Source: Utricularia gibba
Taxonomy: Eukaryota > Plantae > Magnoliophyta
Reading direction: 5' to 3'
Length of the DNA: 64,000 bases
Assembly: GCA_002189035.1 (NCBI GenBank)
Contig: NEEC01000014.1
Location: forward strand, 1,550,001 to 1,614,000
In this document: in pieces, positions 1 through 11,553 of the stretch
Position numbering within the stretch: the stretch's first letter is position 1
Layout: every line of letters begins with the position of its first letter
Made by a program: the position numbers and the translations under genes
Notes under the pieces: generated by a model
What the model was told of the DNA's origin: nothing
Seen by the model: the letters and a program-made list of their open reading frames with translations, nothing else
Databases searched by the model: none

Positions 1-805
1 AAAATAAGAAATGTAAAATTATGATAATTGAAGGTTCAAAATAAACAATATAAAAAAAGTATGAATCATGATATTTGATCTATATGTAATTTTATTTATT
101 TATTTATTTGAGGTAAATCCATAGTTTCATTAAATTGAGTTGTAATAAAGTATTAAGGTTTCCTAATTTTGATCTAATATAAATATTTCAACTTGCTTTG
201 TGAGAAATGTGGTCAATTTTGATCAGGCACGATTAGCTCCATTTCAAATTTAATTCCAAGGAAGATTTGGTAAGCTAGAAAAGATGCTGTTTATGGGGTA
301 TTGAATTGCATTGAATAAAAATATATAATCAGTGTTTTAAATAATTTAAAAAAACGACCATTCATTTTCACCAAAATTTTAAATATTATAAAAATTAATA
401 TTGTAATTTTAAGAAAATTCTTTTCTGAATAACAGTTAAAAAGAAAAGAAAAATACGGAAATAATACTTCGGAGCCCTAATCGGTTGGGGATGTGGAATT
501 GGGCTTCAAATGTGTGTGTATTTTGAAGCTTGAGGATTGAAGTCCATTTTTTCTAGACCTTAAAAGCTGGGCTATTCCAGGAAGGATCCTGAATTGAGAC
601 CTGCCCATTCTCCTTCCCACGGAATAAATCAACGTGGCTGCGTAGGTCATCCATCCATCATCATCGTTTTGCTGCTGCTGCCGATATTACGATCCTGTCC
701 GACCAGATTCTCACCGTTTTCTCGTTCTTGATTGTTTCCGATTGCTATCTGAATTTGTGTGGCGTTGCGCCGCTTTTGGTGAGAATTGGGAAGAGTGAAC
801 CTTGA

Positions 806-807
<2 letters not shown>

Positions 808-837
<30 letters not shown>
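808..837 (+). repeat. T30 homopolymer in the eIF5B leader region
   Basis: 30 consecutive T read directly from the sequence, about 115 nt upstream of the eIF5B ATG. Confidence 0.9.
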
Positions 838-840
<3 letters not shown>

Positions 841-952
841 ATGGATGCGTCGTGTTTTATTTGATTTGTTTATTATTTTGGGGGTTTTTGGTTCCAGGGA
901 CTGGCTTGATTGAAACTGGGTCTTGAAGCAGTCGTTAGTTGATTGTAGCCTC

Positions 953-3900
953 ATGGGACGAAAGAAGCCGACTGCTCGTGATGAGGATGACGGCCAGCCG
1001 GTTGCGGCCACAACTGGTAAAGCTAAAAAGAAGGGATACGTAGTTACTGATGATGAGTATTCTATTGGAAATGAGATTTTGGATGATAATTCTGCTCGTG
1101 AGGATGATAGTATGGCACCAACAAGTAACAAAAAGAAGGGAAAAAAGGGGGCCCGAAGAAGGCTGAGTTAAGGGATGAGGATGTGTTGCTAAATGAGGCA
1201 GGGGAAGCAGAAGAGGAAGACGATGCCCCTGTTATTAGTTTTGCAGGCAAGAAGAAGTCCAAGGATAAGAAGAGTGGGAAAGGTAGTAGTGTTTTCGCCT
1301 CTTCTAACTTTGACTTGTTAGGAGAAGATGAGGAAGAAAAAGGAGATGTTGGCGAGATGGAGAAAAATGCCGATGATAATGAAGAACAAGATACTTCGGT
1401 GGTTGAGTTTCATGGGAAAAAGAAGCCTTCAAAGAGTAAGAGGAAAAATGCTGAGTCTATATCTTCTTTTAACTTACTTGAAGAGGAAGATCAAGAAATT
1501 AAGAGTCTGAAAGATGGGATTTCTGAAGAGGAAGAAGAGGATTTTAGGATTGCCTTTACTGGTAAAAAGAAGAAGAAGCAAAAGAAGCCCTCTGGAAATT
1601 CATTCAGTGTGGCTCTCCTAGAGCCGGACAATACTGACGATGATTCACTTTCACAACCCGGAAGTAATTCAAAAGTGGTTTTTGATTTGGAACATGAAGA
1701 AGAGGATACAGAAATTAACTTCACAGGTAAAAAGAAGCCATCTCGAAAGAAAAGCATTGTTCCAGAAAGTACCCTAGATGCTGATGCTGCTGATCCCCAA
1801 CTAATTTTATTGAACCTGATCAACATGTGGATGACTCTAAAGTTCAAGGCCAGGTTGTTGATGCTGCTGCAGTTACATCAAAGAACAAAAAGAAGAAAAA
1901 GAAGGGTGGAAAGCCTGGTCCAGAAGATGATGACCTTGACAAAATTCTTGCTGAAATTGATGGACCCCAACGAATGTTAAAGGATATCCCTGATCCAGTT
2001 GAAGCTCCAGCTTTCTCTGAGAAGAGGGAACCTGACCAGACTGAGATGGAAGAGGGTGCTGCTGAGAAAAATGCAGATGGTGAAGGACCTGCTGAAACTG
2101 CTGCAGCAAAGAAGAAGAAAAAGAAGAAGGAAAAGGATAAGGAAAAAAAGGCTGCTGCGACTGCCCCTGCAGCAGAGGAAAAGAATGAGGAAGGGAAAAC
2201 TGAGGCAACTACTAAGGTGTCAAATCTGAAAGTTCCCAAGCACGTTAGAGAGATGCAGGAAAAGCTTGCCAGGCTTAAAGAAGCTGAGGAGAAGAAAAGG
2301 CGAGAGGAAGAGGAGAGGTTAAGAAAAGAAGAGGAAGAGAGGCGGCGACAGGAAGAGCTGGAAAGGCTAGCTGAAGAAAGAAAGCGCCTGAAGAAAGAAA
2401 GGGAGAAGGAAAAGATTCAGAAGAAAAAACAAGAGGGGACGTATTTGACGCAGAAGGAGAAGCTTGAGGCACGTAGGAGAGAGATTGCAAGGAATCAATT
2501 ACTTGCTAATTCAGGACTCGCAACTTTGCCAACTGGGGAATCTGCTGGTGTTTCGGTGAAACGACCAATATATCAAAAGAAAAAGCCAAAGCCCCTTGCT
2601 CATTCTAATGGTTTAGCCTCCTCGGAGAATGTTGAGAACGAAGACTCAAAAGAAGTTCAGCTAGAAAAACAGTTGGATTCAGAATCCGTCGGATATGAGA
2701 TTTCTAATGAAATTGAGCCATCTAGTGCTAATCAGAAGAGTGAGAGTGCCGGGTTGGCTGTGGAAAATGGAATTGGCCAAGAAGAGGAAGAAGCTGATGA
2801 TTCTGATGATGAAGAATGGGATGCCAAAAGCTGGGAGAATGCTGATTTGAATTTGAAGGGCACTAGTGCATTTGTTGATGAGGAAATCGACGTGGAGCCT
2901 CAGCCTACTGCAGCCAAGCCCGTTGGTTTAACCGCAAAGGCCCTAGTTCCTCCAAAAAATGATCATGTGGAGGTCAGAAAGAAAGATTTGGACGTTGAGA
3001 GTACTCGCACAGCTAAAATCCAGTCTCATGTCACTATAGAGAAAAAGAGTAAGAAGGAAGCTCCTCCCAAAGAAGAACTTTCTAAATCTGAAGTTTTGCC
3101 AGCACAAAATGGACAGAATCTTCGTTCTCCGATATGTTGTATCATGGGTCATGTGGATACTGGTAAAACGAAGCTTCTGGATTGCATAAGAGGCACTAAT
3201 GTCCAAGAAGGTGAGGCTGGTGGTATCACTCAGCAAATTGGAGCAACCTATTTCCCAGCTGAGAACATCCGTGAAAGAACTAGGGAACTGAAGGCTGATG
3301 CAAAGCTTAATGTCCCTGGCCTATTAGTAATTGATACTCCTGGACATGAATCTTTTACCAATTTGCGTTCTAGAGGATCAGGACTGTGCGACATTGCAAT
3401 ATTGGTTGTTGATATAATGCATGGTTTGGAACCACAAACCATTGAGTCACTCAATCTTTTGAAGTTGAGAAATACTGAATTTATAGTCGCGTTGAACAAA
3501 GTGAGTACCTTGGTTTATCAATGTATCTTCTTGAGGGAAAAAAGTGCAGCCATTATTATCATCATCTTATCTCGATGTTTCTTATGGCATTGTAGGTAGA
3601 CCGACTTTATGGATGGAAGACATGTCGTAATGCACCGATAATAAAAGCAATAAAGCAGCAGTCGAGAGATGTTCAAATGGAATTTGAATCGAGGCTCACT
3701 TCAGTAAGTTGGTGGTTTTTTTTGTCAGATGTTTAGTTTGAAGTCAAACTTATTTGTACCCTGTTTGGTTGTAGGTTAAAACCCAGTTTATGATGGAAGG
3801 TCTGAATACTGAGTTGTATTACAAGAACAAGGAAATGGGGGAGACCTATAACATTGTTCCAACTAGTGCTATAAGGTTCCTATTATCTCCGGTGTCATCT

Positions 3901-6201
3901 TATGAGATCTTTAGTCAGTCCCCAATAATTGTTTTTACTAACGTTGATGCCAACAGTGGTGAAGGCGTGCCAGATTTGTTATTGCTATTGGTTCAGTGGG
4001 CTCAGAAGACAATGACGGAAAGGCTTACCTTCAGAAATGAAGTGGAGGTAGATTGCTCTTCTCTCGCTCATCGCTACTGAACGTGAACCTAATATGAGAA
4101 TCTATCTAATTTTGTTTTGTTGCAGTGTACTGTTCTGGAGGTGAAGGTTGTTGAAGGGCATGGGACTACAATTGATGTCGTTCTAGTAAATGGAGTCCTC
4201 CACGAAGGTGATCAGATAGTCGTATGTGGTTTGCAGGTTAGCATTTTAATAGCATGTTTCTTTTTCGGTTGATGAGCAGAAATCCACATTATCCTCTTCA
4301 TGTCTTGCCTCAGGGACCAATTGTAACTACCATCAGAGCATTGTTAACACCTCATCCTATGAAGGAACTTCGGGTCAAGGTAAAGTTTCCTTTTTATTTG
4401 AAATACCGGTCTATAATTTGCTTGATTTTATTTTGTTGTGTGCCAGCTTCTGTATGGGCAGTTCGTGTTTTTCCGAGCTAAATTTTTATTTTGTGAAAGT
4501 GACCTCATTGATGAACATGTGTATTTTTTGTGTTGCTCATTCTCATGTCTATGCGTTCGTTATAATTTAGTTATAATAAAGCTTATTGTTTGCTTCTTTA
4601 TCATGTGCTACAGGGAACTTATTTACACCATAAGGAAATCAAGGCTGCTCAGGGTATTAAGATTACTGCACAGGTAACAACTCAAAATGTTGTTTCTGTG
4701 CGTCTATTTTCTTTCTAATGTTTGACAATGTTCTCTGAGCATTGTGACCCTGCCTTCTTCAGGGCCTCGAGCATGCTGTTGCAGGTACCAGTCTCTATGT
4801 CGTGGGACCTGATGATGATTTAGAGGACGTAAAAGACACTGCCATGGAAGATATGAAATCAGTTATGAGTAGGATAGACAAAAGTGGTGAGGGGGTATAC
4901 GTTCAAGCGTCAACTCTTGGGTCATTGGAAGCATTGCTGGAGTTTCTGAAATCTCCTGCTGTCAACATACCTGTCAGTGGTATAAGCATAGGTCCAGTCC
5001 ACAAGAAGGATGTGATGAAGGCAAGTGTCATGCTCGAGAAGAAAAAGGAATATGGTACAATATTGGCCTTTGACGTCAAAGTCACACAAGAGGCTCGGGA
5101 ACTTGCTGATGAGTATGGTGTCAAAATATTCATAGCCGACATAATTTACCATTTATTTGATCAATTCAAGGCGTACATAGATGACCTCAAGGAGGAGAAA
5201 AAGAAAGAAGCTGCTGGGGAAGCAGTTTTCCCCTGTGTCCTCAAGATCGTTCCTGGTTGCGTGTTCAATAAAAAGGACCCCATTGTTCTCGGGGTCGATG
5301 TCATTGATGGGATCATGAAGGTAACTTCTTTTATAATCTACGTTTGGTAAGGATGTATATAATCAGCTGAACCCTCAAAGCCTGAACTATCTGAATTTTG
5401 AGTTGCACTGATTAGAACTGGGCTTCGCTGAATTTTTTTTTTGTAAGGAGGCCTACCTGGAAGCCTTCTTTTTTGCTTCAAAAAATTTGCATATAAGGAG
5501 TCTTGTTGAATTTTGTAGGTGGGGACTCCTTTATGCGTACCTCAGAAGGATTTCATTGATATCGGGTGCATAAGTTCCATTGAAAACAATCACAAACCTG
5601 TCGACTTTGCTAAGAAAGGCGAAAAGGTTGCAATCAAGGTAAGCTATTCTAGCTTTCTTTTCACCCAAAACTTCATACAAGATTAATCGTGGCCATCAAG
5701 TAATTTTGTGTATGAAAGTGTCACTTGCATGGCGGACTTCTAGACAACCTCAGACATGCTGTCTGGCGTTTTGCGTTTGTCGTGGATGGATAGTATATGC
5801 TCTTTTTGGCCAAAAACATTCGCTGAACTTGCATGCGATAGTCCCATTGAATTTTGGATTCTGTTCTCTCTCAAATTTTAGAAAAGTAAACACCAAGCAA
5901 TTTATCTCATGTATTTCCCTGTGATATGCTGAGTCTGATCTACAGGTGGTCAGCACCAATCCGGAGGATCAAAAGATTTTTGGCAGGCATTTTGAGATCG
6001 AGGACGAGCTAGTTAGCAAAATATCCCGAAACTCCCTGGATGCGCTGAAGGAACACTATGCGGTAACCAATACACATGCCTCCTCCCTCCTCCATTCTCT
6101 GTTTTCCAAGGTCTCATACTTCCTTTGCACTTTAGGCCGATCTGTCCAAAGATATCACGAGGCTTCTGTTCACCCTGAAAAGGGTCTTTAAAATCCCTTG
6201 A
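953..6201 (+). CDS. eIF5B: Eukaryotic translation initiation factor 5B (IF2-like GTPase), multi-exon, with two apparent -1 frameshifts in exon 1
   Basis: Start MGRKKP at 953 and a long K/E/D-rich N-terminus. G motifs: [31 protein letters not shown]|VD across an intron. Downstream exons encode [27 protein letters not shown] and [17 protein letters not shown] introns throughout; stop TGA 6199-6201 (FKIP*). Frame breaks at the G5 run 1147-1151 and the C4 run 1795-1798. Confidence 0.93.
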
Positions 6202-7872
6202 ATCAACCCGCTACAAACTGAGAGCGACAATCATTTACATCATCTTCTGGTGTTGTGCTGGTCTGGAACGCCTACCTGGATGCATCAAGACCATACCACA
6301 GACACACACACACCAAAAGCTGAGATTCTTGAAAGGGAAAACATGCATGGTGTTTATGTGCGGTGGCTGGAAGTACCTGAATTTTGCTGTTGGTTTTACT
6401 GAGTTTTCGGGGACGGGAAATGTTAGAGAGACAGAGTGCTTGGTTGCAGCATCCCATCCCATGTGTATAGTTGTAACATGCGTACCTCATTCACCAAAGT
6501 TTGGTGAGGAGGTGTTTGTTTCCTCCAACTGAGAATTTGCTCCTCATTTGCATCTTATACACACAGAAGCAGCCACCATGAATCCCTATGCCCTTCAACC
6601 TGATGGCAGCAAGCGCACTGGGGGAAGAGCAGCACAGCATACTGACTTCTCAAGAGCTCACCCCACAGAAGCAATGAATAAGCTCAGAAAAAAGGATATT
6701 TCCTTTGAATGAGGAAAATCAAACAGGTACTTCAAAATCAATTATGAGTGTAAAATTACGATCAACTCCTTGAAGAAGGGGGCGGTGGGACATGCAAGAA
6801 GAGGGATGGCTGGCGTTCTTGGTGTAATATGGAGTAGGATATACCGTTTGTGGGGGCCATGCAAAGGCGGTGGTGGGGGTGGGGGTATTAATGGTATTTC
6901 AGTGCCGTCTTGTCTTCTTTATCGTGTCAGACTGTAGAAGGCGAAGCAGCGTCATTCTCGGAATCCTAGAGTAGTTAGCGAGTGGTTTTTTGGGGATAAA
7001 CGAGAGATTAAGGGACACTTGAAACTGGAATTAAGTCGCCCACAATTTACGAAAAGCAGCGTAAAAGGCCTAATTTCACGGCCATTTCGATCACTCAAAA
7101 AGACGCGGAGGAGCGGTCGGCTCGGAGGGTTGGATCTGATCTGGGCCTTTGCCTTTATTTTACCCTTTTGCACGCTATAGCCATTGCCTTTCTCTTGCTC
7201 CCAGAAACTTTGCTGAGCGGATTGTATCACTCTGTTTCTGCAGCTGCTTGGTTTCATGTACCGTTGGATCAATGGAAATGTGGGTACTTGTGCATTTTCC
7301 GTATCTGGCTCTCTGCTTTGAGCTCCTTGATTCCTTGCTTGGGTTTTTGGGGTGCCAAGTTTTTACTGGTTTTGCACTCTAGTTTCTTCCTTCCTAGCGT
7401 GGTTTTACATGGGGACGAGTTTGTTTGATGCTTTTATGGGTTTTCTGCAAAAATCTTGTGGCTGCTGTCTAGGTTTTTATTTATATTTACTCCAGGGGTC
7501 CCGTTCTTGTTATTCAGTTACAAGAAATAGAATGCTGTGTTGTTTTGTGAAGTTGGTAAGATCGACATGATGTTATTTTTTCAAGCGTTGACAAAAATAT
7601 TGCATAACCAGACCCAAGATCGTGTTGATCTAGCAATGGATATGAGTGATCTGTTTGGAAATAAAGCATGAAATAAACCCATGTTTTGAGTCCTTGCGTA
7701 ATTCCGTTTCTTCCTGTACCTTGATTAATGATTCTCTTTTTTAATTATCATCCAAAAGGCGCGTAGGTCGAGAGCTCAAGCGGTGTCTCTAGTTCAACTA
7801 TGATTTTGGCTGTCTCTGAAACAATTTGAAAGTACAAAGATAACTGTTGTTGTATCAGAAAGAGAACTTAAT

Positions 7873-9575
7873 ATGGCACTGGAGCGGAATCGATTTCTGC
7901 AGCCACCACAACCACCAGCACCACGGGTATGCAGATGTTGAAATCAAGCTATCATCTGGTTATGCATATAGGTTCTCTTTATCATGCCTTCACTCACTCA
8001 CACAGTAAAATGAAATTTGGTCACCTTTATTATGGAATGTTCGTGTGTGTGTTCCAAGTATTCTGGTATTGCAGTTCAAGTTTTGTTGTATTATGGATCC
8101 TGAAGCGTATTTGTTTTAGGATCAGGTTCAATCTTTCCGTTACAGCGTATTTGTCTGCTAGGTATCCTTACTGATCCTGATATGTTGACAGCGCAAGAGA
8201 TGGGGAGGTTGTTGGGTGGACTATCCTTCTTCCATAAACAAAAGGGCGGCAAACGTGTTGTGCCAGCATCTCGTGTTCCTGAAGCCAGTGCTCTGACAAA
8301 TCAGCCAAATGGACCTCGTATTGGTGGATTGTCAAATCAGCCTACTGGAATAGCTTTATCTATTTTTGCACCTCCATCTTCTCCAGCTTCATTTTCCAAT
8401 TCTGTTGCTCCATCAACAGTTCAGTCCCCTAGCTGTTTTCTATCTGCTAGTTCTCCTGGGGGGCCTCCTCTACCATGTTTGTCACTGGTCCATATGCTCA
8501 CGAGACCCAACTTGTATCGCCACCTGTGTTTTCGACTTTCACCACTGAGCCATCTACAGCTCCCCTAACCCCTCCACCGGAGCTAGCCCATTTAACAACC
8601 CCATCTTCACCTGATGTCCCCTATGCACGTTTTCTTTCATCATCTGCAAAAATCAAGGACAGTGACAAGAGTGGATATGTTTCTGGGAATGATTTTCCGG
8701 TGACTTACTCACTGTATCCCGAAAGCCCTGCGAGCACTCTTAGATCACCTGTTTCAAGAACACCTGGTAATTGTCTCTCGTCATCCTCATATGGGGAAAG
8801 AGAGTTTCCATCTCAGTGGGACATTTCTCAAGATTCAGGATATATGAAATCCAAATCGGGCAGGTTACCTGGGGTTCAGGCTGATGGTACATCCAAGCCA
8901 CGCCAGGATTCCAACTTCTTCTGCCCAGAGACGTTTGCTCAGTTCTATGACCTATCCTCGTTCTCTAATTCTGGTGGTAGGCTGAGTATTTCTAAGGAAT
9001 CAGAAGCTTATTCAAATGGTGGTAATGCTTACCAGAGCAAGCAGGCTAAAAATTCTAAACCAGATGCTGAGGAACTTGAAGCATATAGGGCTTCCTTTGG
9101 GTTCAGTGCAGATGAACTCATGCCTACTAATTACGCTGAGATCTCTGACATATCTGATGATTCCTTCAGCATGGCATTTTCGAACCCTCTGAATCCTTCT
9201 GAGCCAGAGCTTAGTTCAAATCCAACTCCTAAATCAGCAGTTGTGAAGGAGAGAAGACATAATCTTTTTGAATCACAACTCATCCATTCAATTGCTGCTG
9301 AAGGTAACTAATGAAACGGATTCAGTGCTTGGTATTTTGTATGATAATTGAATGTTGAACCTGTATATGCCTCAGACAATGTTGCAGCCAAACAATTCGG
9401 GCATCCTGGACGAATAGTTCAGGACAGCCATATTCTGAGTGATGACGAGGACATCTTTTCCAGGATGCATGCTTCAAGATCTTCCCGGAAGTACCCCTTT
9501 GGCTCATCAACTTCTGATGCAGAAATTGAATACCGGAGAGCACGAAGCTTGCGAGAACGGCTCAATCAAAGCTGA
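7873..9575 (+). CDS. Uncharacterized Ser/Pro-rich protein of the At1g76660 family, 3 coding exons, two apparent -1 frameshifts
   Basis: Exon 1 7873-7926 (MALERNRFLQPPQPPAPR). Exon 2 starts at 8192 with RKRWGGCW, then QKGGKRVVPASRVPE, APPSSPASF, GPYAHETQLVSPPVFSTFTTEPSTAPLTPPPE, TTPSSPDVPYA, ELEAYRASFGFSADE. Intron 9304-9375. Last exon has SDDEDIFSRM and SDAEIEYRRARSLRE. These motifs are recalled from this plant family. Frame breaks near 8214-8216 and 8458-8465. Confidence 0.85.
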
Positions 9576-11553
9576 GTAATCTCCCATGCTCCAGCAGCCC
9601 AGGTCATCCCCATCCACCACCATCGCCTCCTAATATGTAAGTATCCTATGTCTGTGTCATGGTTTCCCCTATAAGGGAATCAGATTGTATTATATGGTTT
9701 TGTCTGCAAATCCGGATCACATGATGCAGAATCAAAGTGGGACCTTTTTTTGTATGTAAAATCATGGAAACAGTCGTCTGAGGGGGGATTGCATTGTGTC
9801 TGCTTGTTTTACTCAGAGCACTTGCAGCTCTTAGTCTCTCATTTCAACTCTTCCTGCTTCAGTTTGTTAATGTAAATGATTCTTGGTCAGCTCTGTTATT
9901 GGACATTGATGTTCCTTTAGGCGTATCTTGCTATACATATTATCCTTTATTCGATACAGCAGCTCGAAAATCAAACCACAAATATATTCATGAAATATGA
10001 TGTTGTGAAGCATGCTCATGTAGCTAGCTGTTTTTACCGTGTTTCTTTCATTTGCATCGAAGAGCGCTGGCTTTCTCTGTAGGCGTGCCAACATTTCCCT
10101 TGTCGTCATACAAAAATAACTCTCAAGAACTCAGGGAGCTGGCATCTTCCTCCCATGAGTATATTCTTTCCCACAGAGAGAGATCGCAGCTATGACCGCC
10201 AGGATTGATATCCATATCCCTCTCGTCGTGGAGTTGGATGGCATGATCTTCTGTTCAGGCCCCATTGCAAGATCTCCATCGACGACGCCATTTCTGAGAA
10301 TGATGGGCGCAGAGCTGATGCACAGATGAAGAAGAAGGCGATGCCGAACACTGCATCAACTTGGTGTTGCTTCATCAACCTGAGGTGGGCTGCTGCTGCC
10401 TTGCGGTAGCAGTTACAGAATGATGGAGTTGGGTCTCATTTATATGGATGGCAGGAGGATTTGTTGAGCTTCATCACCAGTGCTGGCTCCTGGAACTGGA
10501 GAGCTCTCAGTAGTACTACTCCACTGCCTGGCTCAGTGAATGCGTAATTAAAAATAATGCTTTTTAAATGAAGAAAAAAGGTTTCCAAGATACCTAAGCT
10601 CCAGGAGAATATTCTTGCCACGTTTTTTTTATTTGTTTTTTGCATTGGAATTTAGTAGGGAAGGAAAGATTCAGGCATGGCGGTTGGTGGAGACCGGAAC
10701 CGGACCCGAGAATCGGCTCTCGTGTTCCATTTTCCCACCAAATTCATTTCTCCGATGCGCGTGGCGTCGCCTACCAGTCTCGCTTTCCACGTCCAACTAA
10801 ACCGCAGCCGGCTAAAACCCATTTCGAACTTCTTTAATTCCGTGAGTTGCTTTCCGGTCCCGTTTTCTGCATTGCGTTAAAGATTCGTTTTTTTTTTCTT
10901 ATTGCTGTTAAGAAACCGCCCGTTAACTTCCTGCCCACTTCGCCTTGGTTGTATCGAAGGCACATTTCGATTACTGACCCGTGTTTCCATCTGGGTTCTT
11001 CGCTCTCGTATACATGATCTCTAAAACCTTTTCATTGTTATATTTTTTCTTGTTTGATTGAGTTTCTTGCTGTGTTTCTAATGATCTTGTACGTTCCTCT
11101 GATTCTGCTTTGACTTTACGCATTTTCTTTATCCGTTTTGAGTCCATTGTTCTGGGACTTTTTTCTCGCCTCAGTACCGTGCACTGCTTGTTAAGATTTT
11201 ATAGTTAAGTGCTTTTTTTTTTCATGTCGCGATTTGCATATGTACACTTTGGGCTTTGTGTCAGCTTTTTGAAGCTAATGGTTTAAAGATCTTGAGAATC
11301 AATTCATTTTGCTGATTCTTTTGCCGTTGCATGCTTACTCTTAACAAGTCACTTATGCTAGCTAATGATACAGGCATATCCTATGGTCGTCTCATACTGC
11401 GCTTATTCATGCATTATATGTTGGTGCCATAGAAGTTTCTGTTTTTGTTTCATTTTCTTGATTGCAATGCTAGATCTATATCATGGTGACTTGTTTTACG
11501 ATCAAGACTTTCCTTTTTTTCTTATATCATATTTTCCTTGGTTTCTCTCCAGA

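Noticed and set aside
745-3499. Many overlapping - strand and off-frame ORFs over eIF5B (e.g. 745-1131, 1491-1847, 1844-2239)
   Set aside because: Low-complexity S/F-rich shadows of the K/E-rich sense coding sequence.
10755-10841. Upstream ATG ORF (MRVASPTSLAFHVQLNRSR...) before the PGM leader intron, resembling a transit peptide or overlapping uORF
   Set aside because: After splicing it is out of frame with PGM. The ATG lies within promoter-like GCGCGTGGCG sequence, probably upstream of the TSS.
11365-11553. N-terminal extension of the PGM ORF in the track
   Set aside because: F/C/I-rich translation of U-rich intron sequence ending at the acceptor CTCTCCAG.
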